Assembly (NCBI GenBank): GCA_964188305.1
Contig: OZ076894.1
DNA from: Podarcis bocagei
Taxonomy: Eukaryota
Direction: 5' to 3' (one strand)
DNA: 64,000 bases
The translations under genes were made by a program, and so were the position numbers. The notes under the pieces are model-generated. The model was not told the DNA's origin. It searched no databases and worked only from the letters and a program-made list of their open reading frames with translations. Of the stretch, positions 23,801 through 33,200 are shown in pieces (the first letter of the stretch is position 1; every line of letters begins with the position of its first letter).

Positions 23801-26800
23801 ACTGTTTTATATACTCTCTAAAGAGATTCCATTCTTTATTTAATCTCTGTTTTGAATCATCTCTTAAACTTCCCGTTATTTTGGCTACTTCTGTATATTC
23901 TATCATCTTCACCTGCCAGTCTAATTTGGTGGGTATCACTTGTCCTTTCCAATTTTTTGCTATTAAAATTCTAGCCACTGTTGTCGGATGCATGAAGATT
24001 ATTCTAAAAAAATTTGGGATTTCAGTCTAACCTCCCTAATTTAGAGGAGGGACATAGCTCACTATAGTACATTTTATCCGCAGAAGGTCCCAGGTTCACT
24101 CATTAACATCTCAAAGTAGTGTTGGCAAAAACTGTCTGAATCACTCCTTGTAAGTGCAGACAATATAACTGTTTGAGTTGCAATAAGGCAGCTTCCTGTG
24201 TTTAGTCTTAAATCTGTCTAGTGGCTAAATCAGTAATACCTCTTTACTTGCAGGACTAACTTCAATGGTATCAAATCTGTTTTAATCTTTGAGTTCTATT
24301 AAAGTGTTCCCCGCCCCAAAGCATTTCTGCTGTGGTACATTGCATCCATTTTCTCTCTCTCTGCAGTTGGCTTGTGATTTTTGAAGCGTGTGTTTTTGAT
24401 TTTCAGGGGATTTTTAGAGCCGTCACTGTAGATCCATCCAGCTCCATAATTCTGCAGCTGGTTGTGGACTGTATCTGCAAAGGAAAGGCTTTCGATACAC
24501 GAAGGGACACCCAGGTGTAAAACTGGACGGATAGTTCACAACCTGTGCATTCTCTCTAAGCAGTTGACCCAATCTCTCCCTGTCTGTAGATTATATCAGA
24601 AGACATAAGTGAGCTCCAGAAAAACCAGACTACAACGATGGCCAAAATAGCTCAGTACAAGCGGAAGCTAATGGATCTTTCGCACAGAACATTGCAGGTA
24701 GGCTGTTGCTTGTCCCTGTGGTAAAAATGGGTGGTGATTAAGAATGTAGGTAAAGTGCAGTAGCGAAGAACATGAGATGAAGGTCAGGAAATAGTCAGGT
24801 CAAGTCTCAATTCAAGTAGGGTTGTCTAAGGTGGTCCTGAGGCAAGCCCCTGTTGTCTCTGCCTCAGTCCTCCCATCTGCAGTGTGGGGGAAGATGGATA
24901 AGACCATAAAAAGAGGATCCCACGTCCCTCTAGACCTGCATCCTGATTCCATCTCGGGCCAGCCAGATGCTTCTAGGAACTCCATAAGGCAAGAGTGCTC
25001 TCCCTGACATTGCATTTTCTCCCAGACCCCTTTGCTACCTTAGAACACTGAGGTTCCCTATTTCTGTCATGGCTAATCAGCCACCAGTAGACAGATCTTC
25101 ATTCTCCTCTTAAAGCCATTCAAACTGCTGTTTGGATAAGAGATCAAAGAAACTTTGGGTCTTGATCCCAGTTTAGCCACACACTGCTCCTTGCCTTTCT
25201 AGGTTCTGCTTTCTCATTCCCCCCCCACTCCCTCCCCCCTTTTATAATTAAAAAACAACAGTTGATATGGTACATGGTTGTTTTATGGGATGGAATAGTG
25301 TACAGTTGTGCCTCACAAGACGAAAAGAATCCGTTCTGTGATTCTCTTCGTCTAGCGGTTTTTTCGTCTTGCGAAGCAAGCCCATTGACGGATTAGCGCT
25401 ATTAGCGGCTTTTATCGGCTTATCGGATCAGCTGATAAGCGGCTTAGCAGCTTAGGGGGGGGAGGAAAAAACCCCCGCAGGAACTCGCAAGACATTTTCG
25501 TCTTGCGAAGCAAGCCCATAGGAGATTTGTTTTGCGAAGCACCTCCAAAACGGAAAACTCTTTCGTCTAGCGAGTTTTCCGTCTTGCGAAGCGTTCATCT
25601 TGCGGGGCACCACTGTACATTGGACATGTTTATTTTACGGTCTCTTAACTTTCAATTGTACCTTAAAAAATAAATTATTACACAACTAGGGAGAAAATGG
25701 GTTTATAAGCTCCTCTTTCTTTATTTTTTTTACTTCAGTTACTCTGTAAACCTCCATGTGTATCTTATAATAATAATAATTTTATTATTTGTACCCTGCC
25801 CACCTGAAGGAGCGTCTCCACCCCCATCATTCTGCCTGGACACTGAGGTCCAGTGCCGAGGGCCTTCTGGCGGTTCCCTCACTGCGAGAAGCAAAGCTAC
25901 AGGGAACCAGGCAGAGGGCCTTCTCGGTAGTGGCACCTGCCCTGTGGAACGGCCTCCCTCTTGTGGCTCTGTGCAATGACACTCTGCACCTGTCCACTCC
26001 CTTGAGCGGCCTTATTGACCTCAGGTGTGTCTGAGGATGGCCTTCCCATTTCCAGGCATATTTTGCATCCCTAAAACACCTGGGGAAAAACAGACCAGGT
26101 GCTCTACATTCAGCTGTGCTGCCCAAAAAAGGATAATCTCTCTCTCTCTCTCTTTTTTTTTTTTTTGGTAAGGGATAGCCTTCTAAAGCATCTTAATTTC
26201 TTCACAAAGGTGTTAATCAAGCAAGAGATCCAGAGGAAAAGCGGCTATGCCATCCAAGCCGATGAGGAGCAGCTTCGCGTACAGTTGGATACGATCCAGT
26301 GTGAACTCAATGCTCCAACGCAGTTCAAGGTCAGCAACTCAGGACGCATAACCTTGCATACCAAACACAGAACTGTGCAGTAAACTGCCTGGTGCTTTGC
26401 GCTTGCTCCTTCTGTGCACTTGCATTTCATGCCTGTCTTACATCTCCCAAGTTCTTTCATGCTAATGTGGAAGGCTGTGTCCGCCTTAGACCTATGCCAT
26501 GCTGCTTGTTCATGTTTAGATGCATTTTAGAGTTCCTCTTTAAAAAATGGTACAATGACAGTGTCTTTGAAATGCCTCAAGCTCCTTCAAACTATACTGG
26601 TAAAATCTGTAAGTGGTATATTTTCGCAGGCCTCTCAACCTGATCATTGATGCATCCTTTCAAGAAAGCAGCCTTAGTGGGAGGTTACTGAGTCAAGTCA
26701 GTCTGAGAGGCCTTGAGATACTTGCTTGTTGGAGATACTAAGGCAGGGGTCGGCAAGGTTTACCTCGCCTGGGCCAGTTCACTCCAGCGGAGATTCCTCC

Positions 26801-27913
26801 ATGGCCCGGATTGCGCGATTTTCTGCATCTGCGCAGATGCGATTTCTGGCGTCCCTGTGCCACATTGGTTTAGTGCAGTTCACGGGGGCTCACTGAGCGT
26901 GCAGCTCGGGGGCGATTCATGGGCTGCTTGTGGCCCATGGGCCTTAGGTTGCCTACCCCTGTTCTAAGGACTGGATCTGCTTATAAATCTCTGCCACTTG
27001 TCCCACAGGGCAGGGAAAAAGAAGCTGCTTTCTGCCCTGAATTCAGCGTTTCTTCCTTTATTTCTTCCAGGGCCGGCTGAATGAGTTGATGTCCCAGATC
27101 AGAATGCAGAACCATTTTGGAGCTGTGAGATCGGAAGAGAGGTACTACATCGATGCAGACCTCTTGCGGGAAATTAAACAGGTAACAACCGGCAGGAATG
27201 CAAATTCCTTCATCACAATAACATGAGAAAGTCCCAGATGCGTATTTTGTGCTGCCAGTATTTCCATTCCCAAAGAAATGGATGTTTTTGTTGCATGAGG
27301 TGAGGGAGCGGGGTGGCCAGTGAAATTTGTGCTTGGTAGCATAGAAAACCTGGGGAACGGACTCTGCTGCAAGCCCTGGTCAACCCTAATTTTTGGCCAT
27401 TTGCCACCAGGCAACGCTTACATGTTTCCAAGGTTGTCTTCCGAAACATAAGGGCTAGAAAGTTGCATTTAAAAAACAACACACCCAAACATAGTAAGCT
27501 GAATAAGGCAACAAGAGCTGTGACCTAACCCTGGGTCTGGATTCCAGTGTTAATGTGTATGAAAGGGGAGGTATCAGCATGTGACTTTCTGCTGAGTAAC
27601 CCATGTCTCTCATGTAAACACAGGGGAAAGATTGGAGCAGTTGTGATCTCTCAGTTGAGGACTGATGCCTAGCATTTTACAAACAGAAGGGCTGACCGTT
27701 GCCAGGAAATTCACAGGCTAGGCTTGGGAAGGTCAGAGCGGAGTGTTTACGTGGCTATTCTCTCCCCCCTTCCCATTCTTTTAGCACCTGAAGCAGCAAC
27801 AAGAAGGGCTGAGCCACCTGATCAGCATCGTAAAAGATGACCTGGAAGATATCAAGCTCATAGAACATGGATTAAATGAGAGCATACCTATCAGAGGAGG
27901 GGTGTTCAGTTGA
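14374..27913 (+). CDS. NUP54: Nucleoporin p54: join(14374..14428,16386..16547,19151..19234,19340..19474,20258..20484,20695..20882,21474..21670,22390..22444,23080..23173,24590..24697,26210..26329,27071..27181,27785..27913) = 1665 nt, 554 aa
   Basis: MAFNFG start, FG repeats, LLGDERDAILAKWNQLQAFWGTGKG, coiled-coil C-terminus ending IRGGVFS*; all junctions GT-AG with consistent phase. Confidence 0.97.
15259..15553. repeat. ~100-bp minisatellite, 3 copies (partial related copy at ~14843-14905)
   Basis: Unit AAAAATGTAGCTATATAT...CCCAAAGGAGGACCCC...AAAAGAGGCACTTATTATT...AATATCACAGGGT. Confidence 0.9.
16386..16547 (+). CDS. NUP54: NUP54 extra FG-repeat exon (162 nt, phase 1-1, probable cassette)
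   Basis: catcag|GA TTT GGT...GCA G|gtagag; GFGGLETANSTASGFNFGGFGLTANPAVNFNIGNFGVSTTSAPPFNFGNSLASA; open and frame-preserving. Confidence 0.8.
17668..17912. repeat. Perfect 122-bp tandem duplication
   Basis: 17668-17789 appears identical to 17790-17911. Confidence 0.92.
19151..19234 (+). CDS. NUP54: NUP54 exon 2 (84 nt)
   Basis: GAFGGFGTANTTAGSTFSFSAPTNTGAG; cctag| and |gtaaga. Confidence 0.95.
19340..19474 (+). CDS. NUP54: NUP54 exon 3 (135 nt)
   Basis: GLFSATQNKGFGFGTGFGTGTGLGTGLGTGLGFGAFSTQQQQQQP; |gtaagt. Confidence 0.95.
19670..20093 (+). mobile_element. RTE-X-like LINE 3' fragment with CCHC knuckle
   Basis: DRICLCDAHLVETLAHMALKC motif; AATAAA followed by (GAT)n tail. Confidence 0.6.
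20258..20484 (+). CDS. NUP54: NUP54 exon 4 (227 nt)
   Basis: TLGSLFSQP...ENPFCRFK; |gtatga. Confidence 0.97.
20695..20882 (+). CDS. NUP54: NUP54 exon 5 (188 nt)
   Basis: AVGYSCMSNNKDEDG...KTMPDD; |gtaagt. Confidence 0.97.
21229..21381 (+). mobile_element. tRNA-derived SINE with CR1-like tail (Squam3-like)
   Basis: A/B boxes (CTCAGTTGGTTAGAGC, GGTTCGATCCC); tail GGGGTTGGACCAGATGATCC...TTCTATGAT. Confidence 0.75.
21474..21670 (+). CDS. NUP54: NUP54 exon 6 (197 nt)
   Basis: TEVVIYVVERSPNGTSRRVP...LLQSPPA; |gtaacc. Confidence 0.97.
21707..21830. mobile_element. Palindromic hAT/Charlie-like MITE (right end deleted)
   Basis: CCCTCCAGATGTTT...CTACAACTCCCA pairs with GGGAACTGTAG...AAACATCTGGAGGG; related copy ~34148-34282. 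Confidence 0.7.
22390..22444 (+). CDS. NUP54: NUP54 exon 7 (55 nt)
   Basis: GVDPIIWEQAKVDNPDPEK; |gtaagt. Confidence 0.96.
23080..23173 (+). CDS. NUP54: NUP54 exon 8 (94 nt)
   Basis: LIPVPMVGFKELLRRLKVQDQMTKQHQTRLD; |gtgagc. Confidence 0.97.
23545..23990 (-). mobile_element. L1-type LINE 3' fragment
   Basis: ORF2 end TTVARILIAKNWK...DWQVKMIEYTEVAKIT; T-rich tail at left. Confidence 0.75.
24590..24697 (+). CDS. NUP54: NUP54 exon 9 (108 nt)
   Basis: IISEDISELQKNQTTTMAKIAQYKRKLMDLSHRTLQ; |gtaggc. Confidence 0.97.
25303..25615. mobile_element. MITE family C
   Basis: TA TSD and TIRs as at 11448. Confidence 0.85.
25768..25957. mobile_element. Rearranged L2 fragment (tail on -, internal piece on +)
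   Basis: L2 tail joined at ~25803 to an inverted ORF2 segment. Confidence 0.7.
26210..26329 (+). CDS. NUP54: NUP54 exon 10 (120 nt)
   Basis: VLIKQEIQRKSGYAIQADEEQLRVQLDTIQCELNAPTQFK; |gtcagc. Confidence 0.97.
26744..26961. mobile_element. hAT-type MITE
   Basis: CAGGGGTCGGCAA...TTGCCTACCCCTG; 8-bp TSD TACTAAGG/TTCTAAGG. Confidence 0.85.
27071..27181 (+). CDS. NUP54: NUP54 exon 11 (111 nt)
   Basis: GRLNELMSQIRMQNHFGAVRSEERYYIDADLLREIKQ; |gtaaca. Confidence 0.97.
27785..27913 (+). CDS. NUP54: NUP54 last exon (coding part)
   Basis: HLKQQQEGLSHLISIVKDDLEDIKLIEHGLNESIPIRGGVFS* (TGA 27911-27913). Confidence 0.97.
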   Translation, partial: HLKQQQEGLSHLISIVKDDLEDIKLIEHGLNESIPIRGGVFS

Positions 27914-28516
27914 TGGACACCCTTCCGTTGTCCAGAGGTTTATGGAACCTGTAATTTCCCCTCCATGACCAAAACTCACTAGGTGATTTAAAAATATATA
28001 TATCTATCAATACATCTTCGTATGGGACGAGAGGATTCCAATGGTATTGGTGTCCTTTCCCTAATTTGGCCATCAAGTGGTTCGGTTTCCTAATGGTGCA
28101 GTTGGCTTCAAGAACAGACACTTTAGACACTTCAGAAGCTGCTTTGTGATCTAAGCCTGCAATTTTGGCAATATCGACTGTGTGGGTTAGGTTTATGAAG
28201 ACACCTTCCGTGTTAACATCTTGAGAGGAAACACAATGTTATTGCTTACAGCAAACATACCCCAAAATAACTGCTGGTTGTTTATGTGCCCATAAGACAT
28301 TGTCCAATCTGTTTAAACAAACTTCAAAATAAAGCTTTGAACCTTCTACATTACAGGGGGGAAACTGGGTGTCTGATGTGCTTCTTTGAGACAGGTGATG
28401 GAAAAGAAGCACTGGATAAAGGTGTTTAAAAACAAAAAAAACTATTGGTATCTAAAGCCTATATTTTTATATCATTTTAATTCAACAGAATATGCAAAAC
28501 CTTCTTTCTAAGAGGT

Positions 28517-28522
28517 AATAAA
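28517..28522 (+). terminator. NUP54 candidate poly(A) signal AATAAA (others at 28328-28333 and 28975-28980)
   Basis: AATAAA followed by T/GT-rich sequence. Confidence 0.55.
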
Positions 28523-29710
28523 ATCAAATATTTACCCTTGTTACCTTGCTGTATGCTGTTTGTAATGGAAAACAAGGTTTGCAAATTCGTGCAGTGGATG
28601 CAATTTCTTCCTGAGCAGCATTTCAACAGTGTGATTTTTCTATTGTTGATTCCTCAGCAGGGCATCCCTCCTCTTGCATTAACATCACCGCTACAATTCT
28701 CTGTGTTTAAGCTATAGCTCTCATTTTGCTTATATACTTTCTATGTGCTGAAGATCAAAACTGAACTACAGCCCTGAGCTGAAAGTAAGTATACTTTTCC
28801 CATGTGACCCGACACTGAAACAAAGCCAAGAGTTTGCTTCGTGGCTGTGGTCTGGGGGCAGTGCTGCTACAAAGCCCTCCTCAAAAATAGCAGTGGATGA
28901 GATGCCTGGAGCGGAGAGAAACAATTGGCAAAAACTGCAAGTGATGATTGCAGCAGGAGAAGCTGTTGCGATTTAATAAAAACAGTGACGCATCCATCCA
29001 GCTGCTAGTACTCCGCCTCCTGTGCAAATGCATTTCTGTAAACAAGGGTTAACAATTTAGGTAGACCTTTTAAAAAACCACTTTAGATGCGGCAGCTGTG
29101 GGTGTCAACACCAGCAAGGACCTGCTGCAGCACCTGCAAGATTCCCTGCCCCTTCCAAGAGTCCAGAGGCATTGTGGGAGAATCATGATGCCAAGTACTT
29201 TGCGGAATGCATGGCTGTCCTGTACAAATGTTCTAAAAAGAAAGATAAATTGAAGCGCATGCGGGAGGTGAACAAACCAGGGCAACAGCAGGACAGTGGA
29301 GCAAGCAAGGCAACTCAGAAGTGAGGAAGCTACAGAGCCAAATTTATCCTGGCTTCTTGCCCATGCTAGAATTGTGGCGCTTTGGGCGAAAGTGGCAATA
29401 TCTGGCAAACTCCCAGTGTATTCACAACAGGCTTTTCTAACATAAGCCTATTTGACAAGGGAATTTTTTAAAAAAACAAAACAAAACCAGTCCTTTAACA
29501 CAGCTGCCTGCCTTGAAGAACTGTCTGGGGGGCCTATATGGACTACAAAATAGTCAAAAAATGAGTCTGCATAGGAGTAACACAGTTCTAAAGAAACCCC
29601 ACAACAACCCTGTGAGATAGGCCAGGCCGAGAGGCCATGGTTCATAGCCGAGTGAGGATTGGAAGCCGTCTAGAGAGGTCAGGGTCAAGGGAGACACAGG
29701 GTGATAAACA

Positions 29711-29716
29711 TTTATT
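29711..29716 (-). terminator. PPEF2 candidate poly(A) signal AATAAA
   Basis: tttatt on + strand, ~270 nt downstream of the PPEF2 stop. Confidence 0.6.
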
Positions 29717-29984
29717 CAGTCCATTTTAAAGCTGAGCTGGAGAAAACAAATACAGGCTAAGACTGACTCACCGATGGCTTTAAAAAAAGCTACAGCAAAT
29801 CCCTAATATTAGATGCCGTCGTTGGGATGGAACGGGGATGCAGATGTCCTGTTTTCCCCTCTCGCTCAACAGAAGAAATCTGAAAATGGCTGTGTCAGTT
29901 GTGAGGCAGTTGCTAGGAACTGTCTTACCACTTAGTTGTGAGGCAAGTTCTTAGGTTGGAAGATGAGCCTGGGTTGAGAAGCCA

Positions 29985-30229
29985 CTACAAAGATGCTGTC
30001 TGTGGGTTGGTGGCGTCCGTGACACGGGGATTCCAGCTGCTAATGTCATCCGAGGAAGACTGTCGGACAATGCGGAAGGCCTCGATGAACTCGTTGAAAT
30101 CTATGTTTCCATCTTTGTTGAAATCGATGCTGTTGACCAGGTTCGTCACGTCCTGGTCTGAGATTTCAATATTCATATGGGCACTGAACAATTTGAAGGT
30201 CTGGCGGAACTCGTCGTGAGAAATGAACC
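29985..30229 (-). CDS. PPEF2: PPEF2 last coding exon (EF-hands, TAG stop)
   Basis: [55 protein letters not shown]...TASL*. Confidence 0.96.
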
Positions 30230-33200
30230 CTGAAGGTGGTGGAGGAAAAACATTTTATTTGCTCAAATGAGGGGGAATAAATGTAGCAGTGGTGGCTCAC
30301 CTGTGACCCTACAGGTCGGGACTGGACCCCAAGCCCCAGCCAGCATGGCCAATGATGAAGGGATGCTTGGAGTCACAGTTCAGAAACATCCAGAAGGCCA
30401 CTGGTTCTCCCACCTCTAATTTGTAGCCTGCTGCATCTGAGACACATAGCAGATAACAATTCAAACTCACAAATTCTCATTATTCACAGCAGAACCCTCT
30501 ATTTCCCTCCTACTGTTCTGGAACGGGAATTTCAACATCCTGTTCGCCAGATGTCTCTGGGAACAAGCATGAAGACAACAGACCCTCCCTCCTTGCCCCT
30601 AAACCATGGCTAGTAACTACAGGTAAACGTCCAAAGTCCTCTTAAAGCTGTCTCAAGTCCATGGCCGCCATCTTCTGGCAGATCTAAGAACATAACCTTG
30701 ACTGCTGTCTCGCCCTCTCACAATTCAACCTCAGGCCTTAACAGTTCAATGACAGCAAACTTCAGAAATGTTAGGGAAAACTCCACTTGCTGTCACCAGT
30801 CTTCCAGGCAACTCACTGATGTGATCCAAAGGAAAGCGGAGCAATACGGGTGGTGTTGTGGTCTAAACCACTGAGCCTCTTGGGCTTGCCAATCAGAAGG
30901 TCGGTGGTTCGAATCCCTGCAACGGGGTGAGCTTCCGTTGCTCTGCCCCAGCCAACCTAACAGTTCGAAAGCACGCCAGTGCAAGTAGATAAATAGGCAC
31001 CACTGTGGCGGGAAGGTAAACGGCGTTTCTGTGCGCTCTGGTTTCTGTCACGGTGTTCCGTTGCGCCAGAAGTGGTTTAGTAATGCTGGCCACATGACTT
31101 ATAAAGATGTCAGTGGACAAACGCCAGCTCCCTCAGTCTAAAAGTGAGATGAACGCCGCAACCCCATAGTTGCCTTTGACTGGACTTAACCATCCAGGGG
31201 TCCTTTACCTTTACATTTGGTATCAGCTTCGCTGCAGGAGTTGCTGGGAGGAGGCGTACAAGACCCCATACAACCATCTAAGGGACTCCCCCTCCGTTTT
31301 TTATGTAGTGCTCCTCTCTGATTACTCCTTTCAGGGGGGTTTAATATAAAAAGTGGGGCATCTGTTGCCCCTCCTATGTGATATTTATTCCTTTTTCAAC
31401 ACTGGGCTATCTAAAATTCTGAAGTAGAAACAATAGGGAATTAATGCACTTACCTGAATGATCACTGTCTATAATATTGAAGAGAGTCTCCAGGTTGGAC
31501 AAGTTTCGGTAAATGTTTTCCAGCAAACTTGACTGCATGCGCTGAAAGAAACAAGTCTACGGCTTAACAACCTCACAGATAAACAAAACACAAAAATGGC
31601 TAGCCTATTTTAATGTTTTACTGCTGTAAAGAGCTTTGATTTTATTTTTTTCCCATGGCATACTGCTACATGATTTTTTATTTTTTAAAAAATAAGTAAT
31701 TCAAAACACATCCAGTGGCCATTTCATCAGAAGCCTCCCTAATGAAAGATGTGCCTGACAACTTAGCTCCTGAATATTTAAGAATATTTGTGGTCATTCT
31801 GGCTCCGTTGCCCCCCTCCTGTCAAATTGCCACCCCCCAACCAACCGAACCTAGGAACAATATTATTCCCATAGGAGCTAGCGCTATCATTTATCACATC
31901 CCCTTAGTTCATTTCCTGCTACAGGAAACGTCGGAACAAGCTAAAGGGTGAAATCTCAGTTCCAGCCCATAACCACTGGAGGCAGCATTCCACTTTGGAT
32001 TTACCAATGTACTACAAAGTCCATGTTACCTCTTGAGAGGCTGACCACTGCTCCGTCACAAGGTCTTTGAGCCACAAATTGTAATCCAGCATCCCGTCGA
32101 CAGCGTTGGAAACAAGGTGTGGTCTCAGCATCCTCCAGGGCAGCCCTAGATTGAGAACGGACTCCACCACCTTTGCCCAGTCATTTAGTGTGATCATTCC
32201 TGCCCGGAAAGGGAAGCCACAAGGTGATTTAAGGACAATGGGCTGCCAAAATTGCTGTAGGCATGAACCTAGAAAGATTGCTTTTGTGTAACTGGAATTA
32301 GCTGACTGTGCAGAGTTACATTCCTGGTTTTGCCTCTGACCCCACCCACCAATATGCAGCCCTCCAGGAACGGTTTGCTCACCAGGGAATGTAACACTCA
32401 GGCCTAAAGCCAACACACAGGAAATGACTCCGTCCTCCTTCCCAAATCACTTTGGGGGTGATGAGAAGAGAGACACGAGGGAAAGAGTCTCTTCTACAAA
32501 TACAGTGTGGTTTATTTAGGACCATAGATCAGAAGCAGAAAGGGGGAAGGCAGCAACCATGCAGAAATAAAAAAGTGAACTCCAAAAGTGCAGAGAATAA
32601 GGTTTAATCCATAAGAAACACTTAGAACTCCACTCCTCTTCCCTCCTTTATTTCCCTTAATGGCTCATCGCCTTTTCTTTCCCCCCTCTTTCAATGGCCC
32701 ATCTCTCAGGTGATCTCCTGAACACAATAAGCTGCTCTGTCTTACCTTTTAACACACACTAAATCTGTCTGGCACCGAGTACGACTTCAAGAATTGATTA
32801 AATTCTCACCCCTACTGGACCCAGGGATTTAGTGTTGTGGGGGGGGGGTCTGGCACCCCAAAACTCATAACAGTATGGTGTAGATGTGGTTGAATGCTCA
32901 TCTGGAAGCACCCAAATAGGGCAGTCAGTGTGGGGATGGCAGACAGAAGTGCACGCCTGGCTGTGTCATAGCCAAGCATGGAGGTCTTCCCAGCCCTTTC
33001 CTGATTTACCTGTGGTGCCCCTGCTACTGTTTCACTACCAATGGTCGACGTATCCTGGGTTCACAAACACAGCAAAATTCATTGTCTGCACATGCAGAAT
33101 TGCCAATGGTTCGCAGAGCCTGCGATGACAAGTTCAGTTTTGGGGGGAGCATTTCTCTTGCAGAGCATCAGTAGGGCAAACCTCGTTTTCTTATATCCAG

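Noticed and set aside
32390-32872. Possible solo LTR (TGTAAC...ATAACA)
   Set aside because: Flanks GGGAA/GTATG do not form a TSD; boundaries unsupported.
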